DNA of 64,000 nt. Origin: Curvularia clavata (Eukaryota). The notes under the pieces were generated by a model, which saw only the letters and a list, made by a program, of their open reading frames with translations, was not told where the DNA came from and did not search any database. Positions 37,411 through 50,159 of this stretch are shown here, piece after piece. The translations under genes were made by a program, and so were the position numbers. Each line of letters begins with the position of its first letter. Position 1 is the first letter of the stretch. The stretch covers positions 2,604,001 to 2,668,000 of the forward strand of contig CP089276.1 of the NCBI GenBank assembly GCA_023920165.1, given 5' to 3'.

Positions 37411-37865
37411 ATGGCTGCATCAGCACTGAATGAGGAGCGGGAGCTCGCCATCAACCCAATCGTTGCCAGCAGCGTCCAGCACAATACCCAGGTACGCTTA
37501 TCAATCAACACTATTACCACTCATGGCAACATTGCCATCGAACCTACCCTACTGCGCCCACCCTACCACACCTCACACTCACCGACTTACTATTGCCACA
37601 GGTCATATCCAACATCCGCAGTCTGACCGCATCGCTCTTCGGCGTCGCCGCCGGCACACTAGGCCTCGAGTCTTATGCAGGCTTCATCTTCTACATATTA
37701 GGCTCGCTGATCGTCTCGGCGCTGCTGTTTGCACTCAAGACGGGGGGAAAGCCGAGCACCTACTTCTATAGGCCGCTGGGAGATTTGTGGCTTGGAGATG
37801 TGTTTGGCGGGCTGAGTGGATTCGTGCTGACTTGGACGTTGTTTTATGGCTTGGTAAGGGCATGA
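37411..37865 (+). CDS. EMC6: ER membrane protein complex subunit 6
   Basis: Two exons (intron 37492-37601). SVQHNTQVISNIRSLTASLFGVAAGTLGLES..GLSGFVLTWTLFYGLVRA matches the EMC6 / Rab5-interacting family pattern. Confidence 0.88.
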
Positions 37866-38539
37866 GGGGTAGGGTCTGATGGTACAAGAGGATTGAGAAA
37901 ACGCTTAGTCACAGTGGCTGCTCAAGGCAGACTGCTTGGCCTTGGAAGATACCCAATTATGATAAAGGCACAATATTGTCGATATTGGGATTGACTGGCT
38001 GGGAGAACACACAACTGTCTGTCAGAAACAAGGGCATTCATGAATCGCTTGGAGAGCATATTCCTGTTATAGCGCAGGCGTCGTGGCGTCGACAGACATG
38101 TGGCAATCTCCTGAAGCATCATACCCATCCATTTTACTTGTAAGCGTTTGGACTCTTTACCTCAGGCTGCGAACTTGATTTCGATCAGCTTGTGGTTGTG
38201 CATTTGTACATCAGCGTGTACAGTGCTACAGTGGAGTTGGGACTTGTTGACTCAAAATCTGAATACCATCTCGCAGAACAAAAGACGACTTGCACATACA
38301 ACAATGTCAACACGTCTCGGCTAGCTGTCACGTTTGTCGCGTATGTAATGTTCTTGGCGGCACTTTAACTGCGGTGATCTGTGCGGATTTTAGCGTGTGT
38401 CCGACGCGCTCCCGCGTTGAGGTCCCCTCTATTCATTGTTGCCTTTCTACCGCACGCAGAGCTCAATTGTCTTCTCCCACAACTACGTTTACGATACCCT
38501 TCCGCACCACTTCTCTAACTAATCACAACCAAGACCAAG

Positions 38540-39536
38540 AGTACGTACCTTCTACCGTCGTCGTTGAACAAAGCTAACAGGCTGCAGTGCTTGAGGCACG
38601 CTTAGAACAGGCCAACACCTTGAAGAAGGTACACTTGCCCTGGCAAAAACAAAGACCACAGCTTTGCTAACTGCATGCCAGGTTGTTGATGCTATCAAGG
38701 ACCTTGTCCAAGACTGCAACTTCGACTGCAATGACATGGGCATTGCGCTGCAGGCCATGGACAATTCCCACGTCGCCCTCGTGTCCATGATGCTCAACTC
38801 TGGAGCCTTTTCGCCCTTCCGCTGCGACCGTAATATTGCCCTTGGTATCAACCTGGGCTCGCTCACAAAGGTGCTTCGCGCTGCCGGAAACGAAGATATC
38901 CTCACCATCAAGGCCGAGGATGCCCCCGACGTTGTCAACCTCGTTTTCGAGACAAAGAGCAGCTCACGAATCAGCGAGTACGATATCAAGCTCATGGATA
39001 TCGATCAGGAGCATCTCGGTATCCCGGACACAGAATACGCTGCGACTATAAAGATGCCTGCGGCTGAGTTCCAGCGCATTTGCAGAGATTTGGGCGCACT
39101 GTCAGAGTCTGGTATGTCCTGCATATTTGTGGCGACACAGAAAAACACTGTCCACAAGGCTGACTTTTGCAACAGTCTTGATTGAGTGCTCGAAGGACGG
39201 TGTCAAGTTCGCCTGCTCAGGTGACATTGGCTCAGGCTCTGTTATCCTCAAGCAAAACCCCAGCATAGACAAGCCCTCCGAGGAGGTTACGATTGACATG
39301 ACCGAACCTGTTGCCCTTACCTTCTCGCTCAAGTACCTGACCAACTTCTGCAAGGCCAGTGGTCTGTCTGACCAGGTCAAGCTCTGCCTCTCTAGCGAGG
39401 TTCCCCTGCTTGTCGAATATGGTCTGCAAGACCAAAGCTACCTTAGGTTCTACCTCGCCCCCAAGGTACGTGGAACAATCTCCCCAATGTCTTACTGTCA
39501 GCATACTAATTTGTACAGATTGGCGACGAAGACTAA
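38540..39536 (+). CDS. POL30: Proliferating cell nuclear antigen (sliding clamp)
   Basis: [73 protein letters not shown]. Start codon is split A|TG by intron 38541-38587. Further introns at about 38629-38681, 39112-39175 and 39466-39518. Confidence 0.97.
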
Positions 39537-39855
39537 GTAGACCATGATTTCATTGAGACACGAGCGGCATGTTTTCAGGTTAAATATGGGAATCTGCGGC
39601 GCAATGGCTTAGATACGCGTCGAGCACCTAGTAGTTTATGATTTTGCATACGACATGGGTGTGAAGGGACATCTGCGAAGTGGTGTTGTGTGCCTCGGTG
39701 CTAGCATGGTTACCGCCCCACCATCGGAGTCACGTCATATCCCGCGGAATTTCAGATAAGTAAATCAACATAGTACATCAACAATAAACCAATCCGTGCA
39801 TTTGTCTCATCCCCTGCCTTCGTCCTGACTGCCCGTCACCACTACTTGCGCGAAC

Positions 39856-41376
39856 ATGGCTTCCGACACTCTGATTCCGGATACGCGAGTACTCGCGATC
39901 GCCAGCCATGTAAGGCTCACGAGTGCAACATAACGATACTTGGAGCTAACATGCGACAGGTAGTCCACGGGTGAGTCGCATGTCATGATAGCTTGCGCAA
40001 CCGGCTGACTGTGGGCTAAGCTATGTCGGAAACAAGATGGCAACCTTTGTCATGCAGTCACTCGGGTGCGACGTTTCTGCGATCAACACCGTAAACTATA
40101 GTAGGGCTTCAGCCATCGACGTACACTGTTCCATAGCTAATGAACAGGCAACCACACGGCATACAAGCAGATCAAAGGCACGAAAACGACAGCCACTGAG
40201 ATTCTTGAACTCTACGAAGGCCTCCGCCAATCGAACCTCACCAACTTCGACGTGCTTCTGACAGGATACATGCCCAGCGCCGAAGCGGTACAAGCAATAG
40301 GAACAATCGGAAGAGATGTCAAGTTCAATGCAGCCACAAAACCTGGCAGCTTTTTCTGGGGTGGGCGGTCCGAAAAACAACAACACAGAAGCAGGGACTG
40401 ACGAAGACAGTGCTTGACCCGGTCATGGGAGATAACGGCAAGCTGTACATACCCGAGGATGAAGTACCAGAGTACAAGGGGCTGCTGCGTGAGGCAGATC
40501 TTATCTTGCCAAACCAGTTTGAAGCAGAGTGCGTGCACATGGAGAGCTTGCGATTTGAACTTGGACCCATTTACTAACAAGGAACACAGACTACTTTCCG
40601 ACATGCCAATCACAGACCTCAAATCTCTCGCTGCTGCGATACAGGTCCTACACAAGACATATCAAGTCCCGCATGTCATCATCACATCTCTTCGGCTTAC
40701 CCGCGACAACCAAACCATGCCATCGAGACCCGTGTCCAAAGCCGGTACAGGCACACACACGCCTTCAGAGGCACAAACCCAGGATGCTGCAACATCCCAC
40801 CCCTCAACATGGGCGTCGTCAAAGCCAGCTGAGCAACTATCCCAGCCCCAAATCGACCTAAAGGACATCGAGAACCTGACCATCATCGGATCCACGGCAA
40901 CCTCAGACTACCAACCACGCCTCTTCCGCATCGATACACCGCAACTCCCACTCTTTTTCTCCGGCACTGGCGACATGTTCGCCGCGCTGACCATCCCACG
41001 TCTGATCGAAGCCGTCCACGCCGCTTCAACGCCTGAGTTCGACCTGCACTCGGTACCCAGCTGGCGCTCGCCCGATGACGTACCCGCTACGCAGCTTCCG
41101 CTCGCCAAAGCATGTCAGAAGGTATTGGCGTCCATGCAGGCGATCTTGACTAAGACGACGGCTGCCTGCCAGCAGAAAATGGCGGCGTACGATGAGCGTG
41201 CCAAGTCGTATCATCAGGGGAGGGGCGAGGGCGATGAGGCGGCGAGCGAGGTGGAGAAGAAGAGGCATCTAGCGCTCATGAATGCGAGTGAGGTGACGGT
41301 TGTAAGGTATGTGAAGGAGTTGGTGGATCCGCCGGATGTGGAGAGGTTTGCGCCCAAAGCAGTGTTTGAGGAGTAG
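39856..41376 (+). CDS. BUD16: Pyridoxal (vitamin B6) kinase, Bud16/PdxK family
   Basis: RVLAIASH|VVHG|YVGNK..INTVNYS|NHTAY..LLTGY..VLDPVMGD..PNQFEAE..FSGTGDMFAAL. About five introns, including an 11-nt exon at 39960-39970. Confidence 0.92.
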
Positions 41377-41818
41377 TGTGGAGGGGTAGATATAGATCTG
41401 GGACTGAGAACTGGTGGGCTAGATGGAGGTTACTGGATCGTGTAGATGCATACACATAGATTTTGAAGGATGGAGAGCTATTGTGTAAACTATTCAAGTT
41501 TGGATTCATTGTTTTGTAATGTGTATAGTCGTTACGATATGTCCGTACTTCAAGGGTTTCTTTTCTTGGCTTTATTCATGGTCCCTCTCTTGCGGCGCGT
41601 TCTTCATTTCTGACTTTCGGTCTTCCATATGGTTCACTCAGCAGAAAATCGATGTTGCTCAGAATTCTGCCAACACAAGTTGCATACTGCGTTTGAGTGG
41701 CAGCCTCCAATACCCCTTGCTGTGGGGTTAATTGTCTCCAAACCCGGTATACAACGGTGGTGCTCGCCACGACAACTTCTCTTCCTCAATCTCTGACACT
41801 GGCGATGAAAGAGGCTCT

Positions 41819-42562
41819 CTAAGCCTTCTTCACCTCCTCAGCTGCCGCACCAGAGCCAAAGCCACCAGTGCTTCCAAATCCACCAGCGCCCCTGACGCTC
41901 TCTTCCAGCTCGTCGACGACCACTACGTTGGGCATAACAATCTTCTCAACAACGAGCTGAGCAATGCGGTCGCCGATCTTTATGGGGAAATCTGTGTCGG
42001 ACAAGTTTGCGAGGATAACGCCTACGGGGCCGCGGTAGTCGGCGTCAATGACGCCCGCAAGAGTGTCAATGCCGTGTTTGTACGCAAGGCCCGAGCGGGG
42101 GGCTACTCTGCCATCTGCGTTACTCTAGTCAGCACAGAGCATAGAAACGAAGAATAACAGGGAAGGCATACAAGTACCCACTGGGACGGAGACCTTGATA
42201 TCAGTGCCAACCAGAGCTCGTCCCCGCGCAGGAATCACAATATCCACGGCGCTGTACAGATCATGGCCGGCAGCAAAGGCACTGCCCTTTGTAGGTGCCT
42301 TTGCATTCTCGCTCAGCAGCTGCACCTGCAATTGCTGTTCTGCGGCAGCTCCGGCAGCAATTGAGGGCGCAATGGGAGCAGGAGGCTGCAGGACGGAAGA
42401 CATGTTGGCCAGAGGCGTGGGAGTAGCAGAGCCCGAGTCGGTGCCGCGGGGAAGCGTGGAAGCGTGGCTAAGGGGAGTGGGGTCAATGACTTTTGTTCGT
42501 TTAGGCAGCGGCGACGAGGGCAGGGACGGCGGCTCGTGGGGCGGTAGGGGGGTGTCGGACAT
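41819..42562 (-). CDS. DUT1: Deoxyuridine 5'-triphosphate nucleotidohydrolase (trimeric dUTPase)
   Basis: All five motifs present: [43 protein letters not shown]. One intron at about 42170-42115. Confidence 0.96.
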
Positions 42563-42630
42563 TGCTGGTTGTGCAAGAATTGAGACTCACGATGTTGTTT
42601 GGAGGGGCGGTGAGCAAGTGATGGACTCGG

Positions 42631-42663
42631 ACGCGTTTTTTGGTGGGGTCGCTGGAGACGCGT
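42631..42663. promoter_or_regulatory. Pair of MCB (ACGCGT) cell-cycle boxes upstream of dUTPase
   Basis: ACGCGT at 42631-42636 and 42658-42663, plus a GCGCGT near-match at about 42670, within about 110 bp of the ATG. MCB/MBF control of dNTP-metabolism genes is established in ascomycete yeasts. Confidence 0.6.
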
Positions 42664-45102
42664 GCAAGGGCGCGTGTCATTGGCTGGTTGGCGAGCGTCT
42701 TTGACTCCCCCCCCTTCTCCAGCCTCTCCAGCTTCTCCAGCTGCTAGTTTCCCCCATCTCTTCGTATCTCCCTCATCTTGATTGCAAACCCCCTGGGGAC
42801 ATTCCCTTGTCCAATGTCGCAACCCCTGGCCCAAGATGCACGCGGGAACCATCGACTGCAGATTGCAATGACGTAGGCCGCCCGCTTCGGCAGGACCGAA
42901 AGAGCTATGCGCCTGTGTGCCTGGGAACCGAGCCCAATGTTGTTCTAGTGGCCGTGCCGTTGCTCAAAACGGTTCCTGTTGTCCTTGGAACACCTCTCGA
43001 TGGCGCGCTCTGATGTCGGTCCGGGCACCCCCCGTACCAATTTCCCCTTCATTGGACTGTGGGGACTCCAGCAGCATCAGCATCATCAGCGATCACGTGT
43101 GCCTCGTACTTTGGTACCTCTGTACCTTGGGCCTCCCGCTCTCGTAACATGGGCTGACGAAGCTGCATGTGACTTCTTGAAGCTTCCTCCAAGACGACCA
43201 AGGATCGTGGCGTGCGTCGATCAAATTAGATTCCGTGTGGACCGCTCCGAATGTCCGATTTCTGTCTTGACGATGCCCATAAAGCTGCGCGGATGGCGAA
43301 TTTGGACATACGACAGGAACAGGCAGTTAGTTGCCGGCACACATGCCGGTATTGGGAGCAGCGCGTCCCAGACCAACGGCTGCGTTGGGTGTGTAATTAG
43401 AAAGGCGCAGCGAGTCATATGCTCCGGCTGCGGTCCTGCGCTCAAGACAGCAAAAGCCGACTCCGACGTGAGAAGTGGGCCAAGGCACGGTAATGAGCTT
43501 GGTGGTCAGGCTTGGACGGCCAAGCTTACCTTGTCCACAACGTCGTCTCTCTTGTCGCCATCCAAAGTGGTACACAAATCTCGTGATCCCCCACGAAACA
43601 GTCACTCCATGCCCTCCGCACTCAGGTTCCCCTCCCTCCACGTCGCACTACTGCTCGCATTCGTCTTCTCCAGACAATGACTAGCTTTTACGGAGACCGA
43701 CAGGCATCAGGCCTCCTGTTGCACATGACCAGCCGTCTGCTGTCCCAGGTGCACGGTGCGAAGTGGATCTCAAGTTGAGCCGCAGCGGCGTGGCCGGTCG
43801 TCGACAGGGCAAAATTTTTGCCTCCAGACGCATCTCCAACATGTCAACCCTGCCATCTCCGACCTGCTGCGGCTAGCGTGAGAAAATCTTCCCGATAGTT
43901 TGGCCAAGCGCTACATGTCCGGTCGCATGCTAGAGCGGCCGACCCTTGTGATTGGCCGAGGCTCGGCTTTCCCAAACCTAAGCGTGCCATGCAGGCCTTG
44001 TTGAGCCTCACGGGGTCTGGAGAGGACTAATGCACCCCACTCAACTCATCGTTCTCACGCGCCTTTGGGATGGCCAGAAGCAAAAACTTGTCACGCTGTC
44101 TCCCTCCCCACCCGCCTCCAGTCTCTGCCCCATCCTCTCACAGACGCTCGGCTGGCATCTGCGCTCCCCTCATTGTACCAGCCATATTCCAGAAGACTCT
44201 CGCCGCGTTACCCCATGCATCTCGACCCCGACACGCCAGTCATTTGCGGCAGCAATGCCAGGAACTGGACGCTGAATATTGTCCAGTTGTATAGTTCCAT
44301 GACACAAGTGGCATTGAGTGGCGAGTAATGCCCATGTCTGTTTGCGCTGGCCACCCTGCGGCTACCAGCAGCAGTCCCCTTTCCGATCAAACAGAAACAA
44401 ACATGGCTGCTTGTCAGCCACGTCTGCGTATGGATGAGGTCAATGATTTGCCATATCCGCGCAAGCACATTCTCGGAGCCGATTTGCTAAGCTCTGCGCT
44501 ACTGATGTGGTGCCCTACCATCCTCTGTGTACCATCAACGCCACATTTTCGCTTAAACATGCAATTGCCATGCAACTGCCATGCTACTGACGACTGCATG
44601 CGTCAACTGACTGTGGCCATGTCGGTCACGTAGTACCCGAAAATACAACCAGATCTTGCTAGGTGTATCGTGTTCCAGAGGCTGACAAACATAGTACGAC
44701 TAAACATAGATGTGCCTAGCTGGATCTCGACTTTGCTACCACAACACCGAGGCAAAACTAGTTTCACGATGGCCCAGAGGCGACCTCTACCACAGGTCCA
44801 CAACGTACGACCCGTATCCATCTGGTCTCCTCTAGCTCATCTGCTAAGCATCACGCTAGGAGACCCCAGGCTCTGTCGGACCTACTCCCATTTACACGCT
44901 AGCCCAGCACACTCCTAGCGCCATGTCCCCATGATTCTAGCCTCCGGACTGGGGAAGATCCCCATGCCCATGGGACGAGTTCCTCTGCTGTACTTAAACC
45001 TGGTTGATCCGCCCCTCAAACAGAACTCATCCTCATCTGAGTACACAACCTTCTCTCTGGGCTCTCACAACTACTCTGCCCTGCTCACATCCATCGCCAG
45101 TC

Positions 45103-46768
45103 ATGGGTATCACTCTGAAGAAGCCCGAGGGCGTGGCCGGGTCCACCGCGCCTGCCATCATCGTTGGCCTGTTTGTTGCTTTTGGCGGTGTTTTGTTCGG
45201 GTATGCAGCACACACCACCTGCTCTCAAGATGCATCACTAACAATCTTGCAGATATGATACTGGTACCATTGGTGGTATCCTGGGAATGAAGCACTGGCG
45301 TGATACTTTCAGCACCGGTTACATCAACACCAAGGACAACCAGCCCGATGTCACTGCTGAACAGACCTCCCTCATCGTCTCTATCCTCTCTGCTGGTACC
45401 TTCTTTGGTGCCTTGACTGCAGCCCCAACTGCCGATCTTCTCGGTCGTCGCCTTGGCCTTGTGGTCAGCAACCTCGTCTTCTGCCTTGGTGTCATTCTCC
45501 AGACTGCTGCTACTCGTATCCCCATGTTCGTTGCTGGTCGTTTCTTCGCTGGTTATGGTGTTGGTATGATCTCTGCCACCATTCCTCTTTACCAATCCGA
45601 GACTGCACCCAAGTGGATCCGTGGTACCATTGTCGGATGCTACCAACTTGCCATCACCATTGGTCTCCTGCTCGCTGCCATTGTCGACAATGCTACCAAG
45701 GACCGGGCCGACAGCGGCTCTTACCGCATTCCCATCGCCGTGCAGTTTGCCTGGGCTCTTGTCCTCTTCACCGGCTGCATCTGGCTTCCTGAGACTCCCC
45801 GCTGGTTCATCAAGAAGGGTCACCCAGAAAAGGCTGCCAAGTCTCTTTCCACCCTCCGCCGTCTCAACGTTGATGACCCTGCTCTCGTTGAGGAGTTGGC
45901 TGAGATCACTGCCAACCACGAGTACGAGCTGTCTCTCGGCAAGGCTACCTACCTCGACTGCTTCCGTGGCAACCTTGGCAAGCGTCTCGCGACCGGTTGC
46001 CTTCTCCAGTCTCTTCAGCAGCTTACTGGTGTCAACTTCATCTTCTACTACGGAACCTCTTTCTTCCAGAACTCTGGCATCAAGAACCCCTTCGTTGTCA
46101 CTATGATTACCTCTTGCGTCAACGTCGCCTCTACCCTCCCTGGTCTCTACCTTGTTGAGAAGTGGGGTCGCCGCAACCTCCTCCTCTTCGGTGCCGTCGG
46201 TATGGCTGTCTGCCAGTTCATTGTCGCCATTACTGGTACCGTTGCTGGTGTTGACAACATGTCTGCCCAGAAGGCTCTGATTGCATTTGTCTGCATCTAC
46301 ATCTTCTTCTTCGCCTGCTCTTGGGGCCCAGTCGCCTGGGTTGTCACTGGAGAGATCTTCCCTCTCAAGGTCCGCGCCAAGTCCCTCTCCATGACCACTG
46401 CTAGCAACTGGCTTCTCAACTTCGCCATTGGATACGCCACTCCTTACATGGTCAACTCTGGTCCTGGCAATGCCAACATGGGTGCCAAGGTCTTCTTCGT
46501 CTGGGGTGGATGCTGCTTCATCTGCATCTTCTTCGTCTGGGGCATGATCTACGAGACCAAGGGTCTTTCCCTCGAGCAGGTCGACGAGCTCTACGGAAAG
46601 TGCAGCAAGGCCTGGAAGTCTCCTGGCTTTGTCCCCACCGTCTCCTTCCAGGACGTCCAGGACATGCAGGCAGACAACCGCCGCGCAAGCCTTACTGACA
46701 TCGAGGCTGATGCTGCTCGCAAGAGGAGCGCTACTCACACCGAGTACCCCGAGAAGACCGTTGTTTAA
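45103..46768 (+). CDS. Sugar porter (MFS), high-affinity hexose transporter clade (RCO-3/Snf3-like)
   Basis: ATG 45103, intron about 45201-45252. Motifs FGGVLFG|YDTG, DLLGRR, PLYQSETAPKWIRG, PETPR, QQLTGVNFIFYYG, VEKWGRR, WGPVAWVVTGEIFP, YETKGLSLE. The short C-terminal tail fits a transporter better than a sensor. Confidence 0.93.
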
Positions 46769-49116
46769 ATCAATTCCCTTATCATTCGGCAAACATAATC
46801 TGAAAACATATGTGTTCAAGCATCTGTTTGCACAATAAGCAAGCTTGTAAATATACTGCTATGGCTTACGGGGATCGCAAGGCGACGGTTGATGCAATTT
46901 TTCTATCTATCTATATACCTCTCGCATCATGAGTTATGAGTTTTAATGAGATTGTTACTATTATACCCATGAATTTGTCCTTGTGTGAAGTTGTCCAAAC
47001 TGAAAAGAATGTGCTTCTCTATTGTTCACCCGCTACTCGTCCGCCCTTTCTTATTTTCCCAATCACTTTTGGCATAACTCTCTCTCTATCCACTATCCAC
47101 TATGCACGCTAACCTACCCTTGCTCTTATCACGCCTAAGCTAGGATGCGAATGACCTACCCGAACCCTTCCATAAACAACAACAATACCGAGAAGGACGG
47201 GGAAAATGCCTCATACGCAGAGGATTTACATGAAACTAGATCCATACACGTCGCCTCCTACCGCTCCCCTTTAGTCTTTTCCCTTGTCCCAACGCCCCCA
47301 ACGACTTGTGCCGCTGTAGTTTTTTCCCCGCACCTTATCATTTAGTGTATATTGTAGCGCCAAGTAGCGCGTTTTGGTCACGACCGACATTCCTGCCGCC
47401 CTCCCCAACCCAACGCCACTATCCCAACATATCCCCAAACAAATACCTCTTATGAGAGGACAAGAAGAAGACAAGCTTTTCTTCCCAGCCAAGAGGTTTG
47501 GCGTCCGAGGGAGCAGGTTCGCAGGCGCACCCCTCTTTGACGTAAGAATGAGAGAAGCGGAGTACATGATTAGAGCGAGTAGCGCGAAGCGGAAAGGAGG
47601 TGTGAGAGAAGATCATCTGCCACCTTACCAATGTCAGGCAGAAACTGGTCGATGCGCTAACATGGGCGAAATGTGGGGTTTGAAGCGTCTACGTGAGATA
47701 ATAGTGGAGAGCTGTTGGGCATGAGGTGCGAGGTTGGTTTGTTTGGGTTGGGTTCGGCCCGGGTCGAAATCTCGCTGGGATTGGGGATCTTGTATACTAA
47801 TGAGTGTCGTCGTGTTATGACTGGCCCAACCAAAGAATACGTGCTAAGAAGCATTTCAACAGGTGACGAGGTGGCAGTGGCAGTGAGTTCTAGTCCAGCC
47901 TGTTGTTTGGGTTTGCGATCTAGGTGGCGGTTTTTAGATCCTGGAGATGCGGGGTGTGATTGGTTCAGAGCTCGGTATACGGCACTATCTAGTAGTTATT
48001 GGCTGGCTGGAATGCGGGTTGGGGCTAGGAGGGGGCTAGGCTAGGAGGGAGTTAGGGGGTTGCATAGAGGTGTATGTGATTTTGTACAGATGACTATGGT
48101 CTTTGTGCTGTTCTTCCTCTTCGCGTTACTTTCTGGGTTCTAGACATCCAAGAAGATGGGACGTCCAAGGGTATTCTCATGTTCAAGTTTGAGGGATTTC
48201 GTGAGATGTCAATCAGTGCAAGAATAGAAGAGTAGTGCTGAGAAACGTCCGATTTAGAAAATGCAAAAGAAGGTACTTGAGCACTCTTCACATGATGCTG
48301 AAGACCATCCAAGTTTAGTTTATTGTGTCAGCTGTCAATATTATCTTAGAAACCAATGAAGATACTAATGTTGACAAGGTCAAGGATATCTACGCGAAAA
48401 TCAGTTTGAAAGTGCTATTCGAGTAGATCGAGAACCAACGCAGGCTTTCAATTCCGACGTTTTTCCGAATACGTGTGTCAGCAGAACCAGCCACAATATA
48501 CGAATAGTGTAGACATCTACAGATGCCACTCCCATTTCATGTATCTCGAACATAATGATAGCAATACCAGACACAACTAAACTCCCACGTCAAGGTTAAA
48601 AATAGAAGACGCTGTCTCATCTTGCATACTACTCGGACCCTGATCCAAAAACCCGGGATACAGACACTTGCAGTAAACCTTATACCCCGCTCATGAACCC
48701 GAGAGTACGGGGCAGGAAGGAAGAAATTGCGTGGACATAGGACCGAACACAACAGGCGCAGGTTCTCGCTCATGGGGTAAAGACGCGTTACGACGGTTGA
48801 GTCCTTAACACAAGTTAGCTTGAAATTTAAGATACTCTCGGATACTTGGCGCGTCGCGGTCAGATATTCAAAAGTGACGTCTTGTTGCTGCTTATATACG
48901 TGAAAAGCTTGGAGAATGTTATTTATAGAGAACTTTGAAATTAACATTGCATTCCGCGTTGACTAAAAACGATGCACCTTATACATCCGTGGTAACTCCA
49001 TCTTCGACACATCGACCTATACCTACCAAAAACGCAAGCCCAACGACTACCGCTACGAACGCATGAAACTCGACAGAACATAAAAAAATACACACCACAC
49101 GCATCATCCTACTGTC

Positions 49117-50159
49117 CTAATAACCCGCGGTAATACCAGGCTGTATACCTTCCAACTTGGCCATCATCTCCCTCCAGACACGCAGTTGTTTCTGTTTTCC
49201 GTTTCGATCCGTCACAACTTTACCTGGTACTCCAATCTTGCAATCATTGAGATATTGGCCATGCGACTGAGCGCCTTGCATTCCAGCATGCACCAGAGTC
49301 CGCGATCCGACTTCTGTACTGCGGGCGAGCACGACACGTATCACAGCAACAACGGCTGGGGATTCGCGTCCGAATTCGCTGTAAAACATGTTAGCAGCGC
49401 CTAAAAAAAAGAAGGGCGGATTAGGGGCAGTTACGAATGACAAAGCCCAGGGTTGACCAGGTTCATGGTAACTGGGAAGTTGCTTTCAGGATGGCGCTCG
49501 CAGAACTCGCGAACAAAGAATACTTCCATCAATTTGCTGACGTAGTAGCGATCGTCCAGGCTGACCTTTTTGCCGTTCACCTGCTCCTGCTTCAGACGCT
49601 GGAAGAGCTGGCCTTCAGGAGCCTTTAGCTCGCTGAAACTGGTCCACTGGTGTACCTCTGAGCTGACGATTGTCAGCGTAGGTCTCGTTCTGTACCTGTT
49701 CGCCGTTTCCTTGAGTTTGGGTAAAAGGGCGAAAGCAAGTAGAAAAGTAGATACTACGTTGACAGTGATGGTAGATTCGTCTTGTTCAAAAATCTCCCAT
49801 TTACCGCGGTTCACGCCTGCGTTCAGAACGGCAATGTCGATTCTGTCAAGTTCGTGTTGAACTTTTGAGGCAAAGTCCAGCACGGATCGGTAATAAGACA
49901 TGTCGAGATGCATGACCTTTATCACGCCTTGCCGGCCTGTGGTAGCCTCGATGTCTTTGCGTGCCGCCTCGCCTTTTTCGAGGGATCGCACGGCGAGGAT
50001 GACCGTCGAGGCATTGAGAGATGTGAAGTGACGTGCGGCTTCCTTGCCTAAGCCGACATTGGAGCCTGTGACGATAACGGTCTTGCCAGTAAGATCGCCA
50101 GTCGGCTCGGGTAGCTTAACAAGCATTTGAGAGCAGAAGAATTGGCCAACGCCTGGCAT
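49117..50159 (-). CDS. Short-chain dehydrogenase/reductase (retinol dehydrogenase / WWOX-like subgroup)
   Basis: TGSNVGLG cofactor motif, LNAG, catalytic YYVSK, VNPGLCHS. Intron at about 49434-49380. Confidence 0.9.

Noticed and set aside
43800..45000. Multiple CreA-type SYGGRG sites upstream of the hexose transporter
   Set aside because: About seven matches in 1.2 kb is close to chance for a degenerate hexamer on both strands.
45158..46819. 553-aa antisense ORF over the hexose transporter
   Set aside because: Same codon-bias artefact; it mirrors the sense CDS almost exactly.
46900..49100. Short ORFs and an isolated splice-donor-like site between the hexose transporter and SDR
   Set aside because: I could not build a coherent spliced gene model or find any protein motif.
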